Source: Novakomyces olei (Eukaryota). From it: DNA of 64,000 nucleotides. The stretch spans positions 124,001 to 188,000 of the forward strand of contig JADEYG010000015.1 in NCBI GenBank assembly GCA_016906335.1, read 5' to 3'. The notes beneath the pieces are model-generated. The model saw only the letters and a program-made list of their open reading frames with translations. It ran no database searches and was not told the DNA's origin. Each line of letters starts with the position of its first letter. The first letter of the stretch is position 1. The translations under genes and the position numbers were made by a program. This document shows positions 49,073-60,556 of this stretch, one piece after another.

Positions 49073-50963
49073 CTAAAGCTCGTCCCGGCCATCCAAGACA
49101 CCAGAAAGCGGGTCATCAGACCGCGAGCTTCCCAGGCCAATCATGGACATATAGCCATTTATGACTTTGGCACCCTCCTCAAAAAATATGTCAAACCTAA
49201 ATCGTTAGAAGCTGACAAAAGCAACAAAAAAAATTGAGATTAAAAACTAAAACAAAAAAGAGGATTAAAATATAATTTTATACTGCTAAATACACAAATA
49301 AATCAAATATAGATAAACCTGTCTCAAACGAAAAATTTCAAGCCCTTACCTTGCACCAAAATACCAAGCTACTCCCATCATAATCAACAAAATGCCTATC
49401 CATATCAACACAACAAACAAAACAATCAGGAACAGCTCCTTGTTAGCGCCAAAACTGTTTGCAGACTCCGACTCCCGCACAGAACTTGCGGCACCCTGTG
49501 TAGTTGCAGCATTGCCACCAGTAGCTGCCTCTCTCTGGCGTCTTCTTTCTGCCATTGCAGGTGTAATTCGACCTTCCTTTTCCGCCAAAAATTCTTCGTA
49601 CAGTCGTGTAGGATACAAAGTCTCACAAAACTGCTCAACCTTTGCGCAAGCAACAGAGATAGCCATAAAATTGGGGTCACGAGGATCGTTCTTCTGATGG
49701 ATCTGGCGAACATGTTCAATAAATATATCGCAGACAATTTTAGGGTTAGTTGCCTGCCACATCAGCCGAAGAGCAAGGCCCTTGCGAAGCTTAACGTTTT
49801 CATGATAGATCTTAGGGTTACGGAATATTAAAGCCAGGGATGCGATAGCCATTACTTGAGGGATGGCACAAAAATTGAACACGCTCTGGTCCTTAAGGAC
49901 AGACAAGTAAGCCAGAGAATCGGTAGCGTGTTGAAGCGCATTAAGTACCATATCGGAGCTACAATTAAGCGCTGCATCTTTGTTTGCTGGGTCCTGTAAA
50001 TCCTTGATATCTGTACAATATTTGCCCCAAATCTCTTTTGGCCAAAAGCAACGACCGTCCCCAAGATCCTCTGCATAATCACGGATAATATTCGTTTTTT
50101 GCAGAAAAAGTCCCATAGAATTTGACAGCTTTACAGCGTGCTTAAGTCGCTTGTCCTCCAAGCCACTATCAGAGAAAAGAGCAGACAGGCCAATTCCCAC
50201 GAGTCCAGCCACGTAATGGCAATAGTTATCATAGTCGGCATTTGTCGATGCTGAAAAGCCTTTTTCTGCGTTTTGAGAGCAGAATTCGGCCATTCCTTCA
50301 CCCATTTTTTTGGCAACATCAGCTATGGCAGCTTGATATTCGGGTTTTAGCAGCAAAAACTCGTGAATAACGACATCAAAACCTTTCAAAAGAGGTGCAT
50401 CCTTTTCATTCGGGCCTGAGCCATCAAAAGTCCATCCACGCTGGTAAATTGTTTTATGGAAATTCTTCAAAAGCGGAAGCTTTACGTCCAATGGCAACGT
50501 CATGTCGTCCTCAATTGTATCCAGTCCACGGAGAACAAGGTAAAAAATGACCACCTGTCATTAACAACAATTCGAAAATGAAAACAGCAAAGCAAAATGT
50601 GAATCCCGCTGGAAAGAAAAGAGTAATAAAATAATGGCAAAACAAAATAATAAATAATAAATAACCAATATTGATATAAATCAGCAAGGTACTGCCTACC
50701 GCTTCACGAAGACCATGATTCAGTTCCTGAATCACAAAACTAAAAGACCGTGAAGTCAGATTTAGGAACTCATAGCAAGCCTGAAGCTCCTTTGACTCCT
50801 TTTCTGGTTCGCGCGTATGCACTGGATCGCGCCATATCTTCCATTGCACGACCGCCCGAATGTCCTGGAAAAAGATGTTAGAGTCGCGTTATATTAATAT
50901 TGCCACTTGCACAGCGTCAAACAGACTTACCGAGGGATGAAAAACAAAATCAATCCACCCCAT
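49073..50963 (-). CDS. ERG9: Squalene synthase; introns 50930-50865, 50699-50555, 49349-49197
   Basis: LTSRSFSFVIQEL, FYLVLRGLDTIEDD, YCHYVAGLVG, MGLFLQKTNIIRDY, FCAIPQVMA; C-terminal TM helix then a tail ending RDEL. Confidence 0.96.
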
Positions 50964-51291
50964 TGCTGTTGACGCGTCCTGCTGCTCAACAACCCCTCAT
51001 GAAAATATTGTTTATACACGAAGCTATGCCCTTTATCACTATATGAATAAAAGCAGCGCCATGGTTACTTGCAGTCTTTGCAAGTCACACTACTTCTGAG
51101 CTGCATTATAACTATGTAATATTATCAGCAAAATAAATTATGTATAATTTGTGTTAGCCAGCATTAAAAATTACTGTATAAGAATTGCAAAAGAATAAAT
51201 TGGTCTCTGCACTGCGACTGTTGGCAATTCAGGTATTGATTGATTCACTCGTCCAGCTTTCGCCACGAATGTTTGACACGAATTAAATGGT

Positions 51292-52486
51292 ATGACCGAT
51301 CATTCTGCGTCATGGTCGCTTTTTCGGCGTACTGAAAAGTCGTTCAAACAAGCCAAAAATTTAAACAAACTGCCTCCGTATGTCGATTTCAGCGACCCAG
51401 AAAGCGATTATTGTCGCGAAAAGGGATTGCGACAGCTTTCGCCAAACAAGTGGGTAATTGACAGTGCGCCTGGCCTTATTATCGTACCTTTTGCAATTTC
51501 TGCTCAGGAAACTTTGGAGATAATGAATGAAGTTTGCCAAAACTACTTGTGCAATGCCAAAATTAAATCAAACCTTCTGCCTCACTATGATCTCCCTTAC
51601 GGCGGCGATGGCGAAGCCGACACTCTATGGAAATTGTACCGTGAAAGGGGCGATACATATATAGTACCCAGCATTAGTCATTTAAAACCGGCGTCCTTGA
51701 GCCGCCTGCTGGATCGCAAGCTGCGCTGGATAACCCTTGGCGAACAGTACAATTGGTCAAAGAAAGAGGTAAGTCGTTGTTTAGCGTACAGCGTATAATC
51801 CTAGAAGCACAGCCATGAGCATGCTTGCTTCCGCCTCAAAATAACTAATATATTGTCGATATCAAAATTTGTTGTTCTTTTTGTTTTATTCTCTCCAGTT
51901 TTCGTTTTATTCTGATAGCCGTTTACTTTTCTACTTTATGAGCTATCTAATCAAAGTACCCCGATGATTTCAGGCACAGTCCTAAAGTACCGCGGCGATT
52001 GGCATTTCTTTGCAATCGAATAGCGGTAGAGGCTCTCGGGCCGGGGAATGAGTTCGAGACACAGAGCGCGATTGTCAATTTTTATTGCCCTGGAGATACG
52101 CTTACAGCGCACGTGGACGTATCGGAAAAGGATCCGACTTTACCGCTTATTTCATTATCTTTTGGTCTGGATTGTATATACCTGATGGGCGGACTAGACC
52201 CGGAAGACCCAGTTACTGCTTTAAGGCTCCCGTCCGGCAGCGCCATTATAATGACAGGGCAAAGCCGTCTGTCTTATCACGGTACGTCTATGTATTTATT
52301 ATTCTTCTTGTACTAATCGAGCTAATGGCAGGCGTACCGTTAGTATTTCCGGAGAGTATTCCTGAGTTTTTAAGAAAAGAGGCAGAACACGATGAGTCTG
52401 TGGCATTTTTCACAAAAGGCCGTGGTAGGCGGTTAAACATAAACGTTCGTACGGTGCGTGAAACGTACCCGAACCTGTCTGATTAA
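51292..52486 (+). CDS. ALKBH1: AlkB homolog 1 (Fe(II)/2-oxoglutarate dioxygenase); introns 51769-51956, 52282-52331
   Basis: KLRWITLGEQYNW, AIVNFY.PGDTL.AHVD (HxD), PLISLSFG, YH|GVP, RLNINVR. Confidence 0.9.
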
Positions 52487-52856
52487 TTGCGACACTGCCC
52501 TACGTTATAATCGGCATCTAAAGTAATGATACTGCTTATGCATATAACAATTTGCTTTTCGTATCTGATTAGTCTTTAGTCTACATGAAATATTTGTAAT
52601 ATTGATGTTTAATTTGCTGCAGCTGTAAATTTATCTATACAATACTGTCATTCAGGTGATAGTTGCAATCAAACTGAGCCTTGAGCCTTCACTTTATATC
52701 TCGAAATAAAGAATACTGAATATTATCTTAAGTTGAATAAATCACGAATCAGGTAGTATACAAACTATTCATTGAGAAACGGTCGTCTGAGCCCATGAAA
52801 CCCACAAGCTGCTTGTCATAATCAGCCGTCTTGTGAACCGACCAGCTCACAATCCT

Positions 52857-53330
52857 CTAGCTCTGTCCAGGAAAGTTCAAGCTCACAGAGTTGACGCAAT
52901 GCCGTTCGTCCGTTGGAGTAGGAAACCCTTCGCCCTTGAATACGTGGCCCAAATGGCCTCCACAATTAGCACACGTAATCTCAATTCGTGGCGTTCCAAA
53001 CAGGGACCGATCTTCGTGACGGTTTATAGCGCCCGGGATGGCATCATAAAATGCAGGCCATCCACAGCCAGAATCAAACTTAGTCTTTGCTTCATAGAGC
53101 GGCGTTCCACATCCTGCACAGTTGTATGCGCCTTGTTTAGGGTAATGCTTGTTATATTTGCCCGTGCCAGGCGCTTCTGTTGCCTGCTGTCGCAAAACTC
53201 GAAACTGCTCAGGCGAAAGAATAGCGCGCCATTCTTTGTCTGTCTTGGAAGACATGCTTCTAGCGATACTTGCTGCCTGTCGCGTGAGACTCTTGACGGG
53301 AAGGTTTGATCGGAACATAGTACGGAGCAT
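52857..53330 (-). CDS. MXR2: Peptide methionine-R-sulfoxide reductase MsrB with a mitochondrial-like presequence
   Basis: EWRAILSPEQFRVLR..ATE, CAGC, FDSGCGWPAF, CANCGGHLGHVF, RHCVNS. Confidence 0.95.
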   Translation of the reverse strand: MLRTMFRSNLPVKSLTRQAASIARSMSSKTDKEWRAILSPEQFRVLRQQATEAPGTGKYNKHYPKQGAYNCAGCGTPLYEAKTKFDSGCGWPAFYDAIPGAINRHEDRSLFGTPRIEITCANCGGHLGHVFKGEGFPTPTDERHCVNSVSLNFPGQS

Positions 53331-54348
53331 CGTGTGCCATTTATACCTTACTCGATTCTAGTAACGCCGGGCCGACTCTGTGCCTAGAATCTATGTCATT
53401 ATTTTACACGCACAAATACCGCCTCTATTCCCCATATTTCCCATATTAAATTTGTAATCGTAATATTAATTAATGACAGGTGAATAATTATTAATCATTG
53501 ACATCATCATCGCTGGGAGGAAAAAGCTAAGCCCATCCATCAGAAGTGTTGAATATAGTAGGTTGGAATTTGTTCTTAAGGTAGATTAAATGAATTAGAA
53601 ACTCTCGATTGCTTTAGCTGAATCCCCCAAAGGGTTTGAGGGTTCGCTTGAGCTATATATATGTAACTATGTGTTTGTTGAGTGATATTCTGTAAGGCTA
53701 AAGTTAAACAACTGACACTCATGATAGAGTTGTCTTAGCCGGTCAGTGAATCGGCAAGTGTATTGTTATAGGGGAATAATAGATTCATATTTCGACAAGA
53801 AGGATTGCTTTTTTTTATTATCAGTCTGCTATACGTTTGTCCGCGCTATTATCAGTTGGAGATTACAAAATTTTATGAACAAATTACAAATACGATATCC
53901 TTTATCAATTTATGAGCAGAGTATCGAATAGAGTATACTAGAAATACATTTATAATATTTGAGAATTAATATATTTATCTTCATAATGTTTGAGAAATAC
54001 GAATTGGGCCAATGTCCGTTTTCGCAAAGATTATGCCAAACTGTACAAAGATCTCTTTTATATACACATTTTAACAAAAATAATTTATCAGCAGATTAAC
54101 AAATAATTTATTAGCAGACTATCGTATAAAAAATCATACTAAAATAATATTATCCTAAAAATTGCGATTCGTTATCAGCGAGCCGGCTATTTGGTATTAT
54201 ATTTAATATTAACATTTTAATAGACTATTGGGAACAAGTCATATTCCGGCGATATTATACTATGTCATAGCCTCGTGATCAAACATCTATCATTGCCCAA
54301 TCTAGTAGCCTCCGCTATATATATTAACAGCCGTTTTGCTTTTCCCGG

Positions 54349-55889
54349 ATGCTAACGGCAAAAGGCGGCTCGTGGAAGCAAGCAACTAAACTGTTCACAG
54401 CAAATAGCCAAATTCTTTCAGCACGGCCTACAATGGCGGGAACACCGCGATTCTTGACTCGATTCCCGGAGGAGGTTAGATCCACACTTGACGTTTATTT
54501 TATTAGATATTATAAAGTGACGTGCTAATCGCTCGGCAAGGTGAACAATTATTACGCTGGGTCCCGTATAAACCGGTTCTCTTTCCTGCGAACGGACAAT
54601 GATTTTTTGTCAAAGTACTTGATGCATCCATTGAGCCGATTTGTGGCTTTTTACAATTTGAATCCGCTTGCCGATGCAATTACCGGCCAATTGCATCCTC
54701 TACCTTTCAAATCTGTAGAGGCCTCTATCGGCGTCAACCCTTTCTCCGTTTCCGAAAAGGCGTGGCTGCACGAGCACGCAGAGCACGCACACGAGGACAC
54801 GGTTATTATTTTTCTCGGCTGTGACGAATCCGTTCCTGCGCCTGCGGACGAATTAGACTGGCGTGGGGCTCCTGTCTGGGCTATCGATCTGTCCCCTTCG
54901 GTCGAAGGGGTTCAACATTTGTATAAGGAGGAACTGGCGGAGCAATTGATCTCGGATCCATTGCTTACTTTCCGCGAAGCGCGCTTGGGAGTTCGATTTG
55001 GAAATGGTGAAGGTACGCTATAGCGTTGTCTTTTTATTCCACAACAAATCAAATATCAATTTTAACTTTTTTTTTCTTTTAGCGTGTTTTTATTTTATTA
55101 TTATTTTTTTCTCTTCTTTCATTACTGATTCGTAGACGGTCTCGTGGCTTACGCCCGCTCGCTCCTCGACTGGCACGGTCGAAATAAGGTACATTTTAAT
55201 ACTTTGGCTGTCTTTACTCTTCAAATAGAGACCTAATTGACTAGTTTTGTCCCTCGTGCGGACTGCCTACTATCAGCGTATGGGCCGGACATAAACGTGT
55301 GTGTCCTCCCACGCCGGAGGTGAAAGAGAACGCATCCCTTGCACCGCAAAAACGGCCCAAGTGTGTGACTAACAAAGGAGTCCACAATTTTCAATACCCA
55401 CGTACTGATCCCACGGTAATAATGGGCATTGTCTCGGCAGATGGAGAGTCTATTCTATTGGGCCGCAATAAGCGCTACAAGGGCAATATATACTCGTGCT
55501 TGGCGGGATTTTTGGAGCCAGGCGAGTCATTGGAGGACGCGGTACGTCGTGAAACGTGGGAGGAATCGGGAGTTGGTGTGAGCCGCGTTATTTACCATTC
55601 TTCACAGCCCTGGCCGTTCCCGGCAAGCCTTATGCTGGGAATGATTGGCGTGGCTGTTCCCGGAGCTACTATCAATCTGGGCAATGATCCCGAACTAGCC
55701 GATGCCCGTTTTTTCACGCGTGCAGAGCTGCGTGAGGCTATAGACAGGCAAGAAGTTCAGGGCTTTGATCTGGACAAGGCCCGTGAAGTTCTGGATGGTC
55801 CTGTTGTAATACCGCCAAGAGACGCTATTGCTCGCAGAATTATTGAAACTTTTGTTTACGATCAGTGGGCTATACCAGCGGGTAATTAA
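54349..55889 (+). CDS. NPY1: NADH pyrophosphatase (Nudix NudC/Npy1); introns 54475-54540, 55013-55135, 55189-55244; alternative start 54433
   Basis: NYYAGSRINRFSFLR, ARSLLDW..RNK|FCPSCG, YPRTDPTVI, Nudix box AGFLEPGESLEDAVRRETWEESG, SQPWPFP.SLM. Confidence 0.93.
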
Positions 55890-56288
55890 AGTTTGCTCGG
55901 AATTAGAGAAATAAAAATTGCACGAAACTGGTCCGGTTATGAATTGTTGGAAGGGGTTGTATTTTGAATGTAAAGTCCGTGGAAAGGTAGTCTTGTTTTA
56001 CCAAAAAACCGGAAAGTTTGCTGTATGACTACTTGCCCTTCATGAGTGAAAAATCTACGAAATAATTGTGTGTTATAGTGTGCTCAATAGGAAATATCAG
56101 TTGCTCTTTATGTTTATCAAGAGTATTTAAGAATAGTGTTTAAAGAAATCTAAAACAAAGTAAGCCTGTTATGCTTGCAAGAAGCATAGTCGATCAAATT
56201 GACGATAAACGTAAAGATACGAAACGTATATTAATAAATGTTGCTGTTACAATCACTAGCGAGAGCACATGTAAGGTTCTATCAAATT

Positions 56289-56383
56289 TTAGTGTTTAGT
56301 ATGGTACTCTTCATCTTTGTATAGTATTTATGATCTTAGTGTTTAGTATGGTACTCTTCATCTTTGTATAGTATTTATGATCT
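56289..56383. repeat. Perfect 47-bp direct tandem duplication, intergenic
   Basis: tagtgtttagtatggtactcttcatctttgtatagtatttatgatct at 56290 and 56337. Confidence 0.93.
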
Positions 56384-57083
56384 AATAGACCTAAAGCCAA
56401 TTTGGCACATATACCGCATTAGCTTTGAGTTTAGAGTCACAATGCGCAGCAAAGAGCTGCCTGTGGCACCGCTACATGATACCGGCACCCAGCAAGCTTC
56501 TATATATTATATTAGAAATTAATAAAAACTCGGTAAAATGTCTAAAAGCCTGGTGTTTACCTCTATACTACAAGATTTACCAACTATTTTATAAGATTAC
56601 CGTCTATATTACAATATATATTCGTTATGCAAGTGTACTACTATATTCACTATACTCAATGTTTGTATGTATGTCGTTGTTACATTACGTGCCGCCGCCG
56701 TACTATTCTACAGCAACCATTCTACTGTGATTATTATGCGTGTCCACAACGCTATCTGTTTTATTTGTATACACGACATTTCAGTCGCGTTACGAGTAAA
56801 TATTTATTATTTATTGTAAATTTATTGGCAACAAGCATACAATGGAAATATTATTCCGTCAGTCACATACGCACAAATACGACAAAACAGCAAACACTCA
56901 CAATCGGCACTTTTGGTCTACGAAGCAAAAGGATGCACAATCACGATCCAAGGACTCAGTTAAGTTGACGGGCTGTCAGCTTCTTTCAAGGGGGGACCAT
57001 TGGGCTGTTTGATTTTGTTTTTCTTGTTCTTTCTTTCCTTTAGTCGGTTGTTTTACGTTTTTCTCTGCGTGCAGGACGCCGAG

Positions 57084-59704
57084 ATGGCGATGATGGTCCA
57101 TCGCTCTGATCAAGAGTCAGCGCCGCTTTTACTGCCGCCGCTCTCCCAATCAAATCATACAGCGGCAGCGGGAAACAGCGGCCAACCGCTTGAAAAACGC
57201 GGTGAGGAGATTGGGGTCAAAAGTGGCAATGAAACGCAAAAGGCACCGGATACTCCAAGCGTAACGTTTCCCAAGGAAAAGCCAGGGCACCAGTCGCAGA
57301 GACAGGCAGCTGCACGGACACCTTCAAAGACGCGTCATACAACGCTGGACAATTCACTGCTCCAAAACTCGGACGGATCTCAGCCTGCTCGACGGCTCCA
57401 GTTCCGAACAGCCGAGTCGCGGACCGTTTCAACCGTGCGGCAGTCTACCTATGAGGCATCAAAGGCTCGTCACGCCGAGTGGCAGAGGCAGTATAGACGT
57501 GCTTTTCCCCTGTTTCATTTCTATTTTGATCACGTGGATGAACTTACAAAGCGGAAAGTTACGCGTAGTATTTCATCCTTGGGAGGAGTAAGTGCAGTCG
57601 TATATTTATTAGTTTGGATTGATTTTTTTGAAACTGTTCTATTTAAATGCTTCTATTCGAAATGAGTCTATTAAAATGATTCTATTAGAATGATTCTATC
57701 AAAATGATTCTATCAAAAAGATTTCTATTTTACAAGATGCTCTTTTATGGCGGATTGGAGAAGGGATTTGTAGCTTTTATCTGTCTCTTGTTTTACCCTT
57801 CTATCAAGTTTGGCGCTGTGTGCTATCTCTCTTGTTTTTTTGTACCACCATTCTCGAACTTCTTAATCTAACGCATACAGCATGTCGAATCTTTCTTTTC
57901 TTCCGCCGTGACGCACGTTGTAACAACGCGAGAGCTTCCGGACCCAAGTCGTGTGAGCGAAAAACCGTCTGCTGGTGGTGATGAGCCTCTTTCTTCGGCT
58001 GTACCTTACTTATCACGCTCTCGTCACGTGTCAGCAACGGGTCAGAAGAATGAAGAGGCGTTAGCAAAAGCTGATGTTTTGTATAGAGCACAGCAGCTGA
58101 AAATGAAGATTTGGTCTTTAGAAAGTAAGGCGTTTACCTATATTAATTTTAGCATTTCAGTCTATGTGTTTATTTTTTATTTTTTTTCTGTTTTCCTTCA
58201 CATCTGTTTAATATTATTCAATGTACTCGTCAGTGGCACAGCTCTACTTTGCTTCTTTCATTAGGGCTATTCTCATCAGACATTTGCTATTTTCCTGTTC
58301 CTGCCTCATCTTCCTTCTGCTGACTGACTTTTAGAACTCGTGGACAAAATCCTTGGCAACCTTATTACGGGTACGGGTGCCTCTTCTGTGCAGCAAAAAG
58401 ATAACCTGCACGACCTGTCCAATTTACTGCGCGATGAAAAAGTATATGGGACCCGAGAGCGAGACCCAAAAGCGGCCAGAGCCGATGTAGTCTATTTCAA
58501 AGGCCCATACATTCATGTGCGTGACCTTTATGGCCATTATCGTTCAATAATGATGCGAGAGTTTCCGAAATCCTTCCCCACTGGCCGAGAGCCTTGGCCT
58601 ACATTTAGACAGTCTGGACCAGGGCGGTGTCCGTTCGTAATTGACCGGCACCGTGAGCGTCAATTAGCGGAAAGGTCTCGTGCAGGATCGCAGGAGAATG
58701 AAGGAATCAACTCGCCGGAAAACACGAACAATCTGAAAGAACAAAAAATGTTAAACACAAATGAAACATTAAATAAGCCTGCTGTTACTACGGCTGCAAT
58801 GAAACGGCTTCATACACAGGTTGAGGATAAACCAGCGCTTAGAGTGCTTACAGACTCTACAAATCGGCGCGTAAACTTGGAAACAGCTGCCCGAGCTGCT
58901 TCTCTAAGGCACAGGCAGGATGATACTCCCAACACAGTCAAACAGCCCTCCCTGCTAAACTCAAGGTCAGCCGCCTCTCTGGCAATTTACCGCCGGCCTC
59001 AGCAGGAAGCAAATGCATCAGGAATCGTACAGTCAAGCGTAACGTCGGCTGTACGCTCAATGGCTCCTCTTTCACGATCAACTGCTATAAATACAACATC
59101 TGGTGGAGTGAACACTTTTTCTAAAAGTTATTCAAAGGGCTTAAATATGATGCAACAACGGGTTGTTCACCAAAAGGCAACAATAAATGCGGCAGCGAGA
59201 CGCACAAACGTTCAGTCGGCAGAACAAAAGTCACGGCCTAAACCCCAGAAAGCAGGATTCTGTGAAAATTGCCGGGAAAAATATGATAATTTTGATTTGG
59301 TAAGATATCTGAATATAAATAAATAAAAAAACAATTATTTATTTATTGTTGTACTCTTTGTGTTTTCTGAAAAGCTTCTTTTGATAATGACCGGTTTGCC
59401 TTTACCTGCTTTTTATTTAACTTTGTGCCTATTCAATACGACAAGATAAATAGTTTTCGGTTATCCCCAGTTGCCGCATCTATTTTGGCCATTTTTAGAT
59501 CAGGTAACTAATTGCCAGCATGTTCGTTCACGCTGTCATCGACGGTTTGCCGACGACGAATCTAATTTTGAGCAATTGGATGAGTTTCTCATGGGTTTGG
59601 AGAGACCGCTTCGAGGTAATACGTATCTCTCTGGTGAGGGCGAGTACGATTTGAAAGGCTCAGACGATAGCAAAAGCTCGGACGCTATTGATAGCGTGCA
59701 CTAA
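57084..59704 (+). CDS. DBF4: Cdc7/Hsk1 kinase regulatory subunit; introns 57588-57880, 58125-58334, 59300-59518
   Basis: Motif N (WQRQYRRAFP.F.FYFD..LGG|HVESFFS.VTHVVTTR, MKIWSLE), motif M (YFKGPYIHVRD..CPF), motif C zinc finger (GFCENCREKY..|HVRSRCHRRFA). Confidence 0.93.
57637..57731. repeat. Degenerate ~14-bp tandem repeat (attctattaaaatg) x~7 in DBF4 intron 1
   Basis: Successive (t/g)tctat...aatg units. Confidence 0.75.
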
Positions 59705-60556
59705 AGTAGCGAGGCGTTTATATTTTATTTGTTCAAACATATCAAGGCGAGAGTATGCAGGCTAAATTATTTTGCATCAGCATTTATTATTCGCGTCAGC
59801 TATACAACTAGCAAATGATATTTTATTATACACTGGCATCTGTTGCTCCTTCAATTTGAATGTCAGTCTATATCTAATGGCATTTATTATTAGATCTTTT
59901 ATGACCAGGTCAAAGACTAGACAGTCGTAGCACTCAATCAAAGGCACAGGTTTTGCATTATGCGTATATATTAGTATACACTGTGAAATGTAAAATACGA
60001 CTGTAAATATATTTTTGAATATTTGTCATCATACAATAACCATTCAAATTAAAATCATTTAAATAAATATATATATATATATATATATATGTATTAAAAA
60101 ATTTAAATAATTAATATATACGCATCGCAAAAAATATCGAGTAGGAAATATTCAACACGCATACAAACCGCTCAGACTATATTAACCGAACGCCGTTGTA
60201 CAATTAAAATTATTATTCTCCTGCTATTATTTGGCCTACATAACCTTCAGTTCCTGTACATATATTAAGTCTTTTATTCCAGGCACTTCCAACAAGAGGT
60301 CTCGGTGCAATTGGCCGTGCATTGAGCTATCAATTGTCTCGGTCAATACTGTTGCAGAGTGTTTGCGTAATTGGTTCGGGTCCGTTACTAATACGGTGCC
60401 AAATTAACGCTTTCCAAGAAGGTCGTTTGCATAAATTGAGCGTGGCCAGTACCGGTACCGGCCCTCTTCGATATCAGCCTTACAACCCTTTTTCTTTGGT
60501 TTTTTTTTCCCATAAACATCCTCAAAAGTCGTTTTAATTTATTTTAATTCATCACA

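Noticed and set aside
56860-56867. CAGTCACA (S. pombe Homol D-like box) upstream of DBF4
   Set aside because: A single 8-mer is compatible with chance in 64 kb, and DBF4 is not a ribosomal protein gene.
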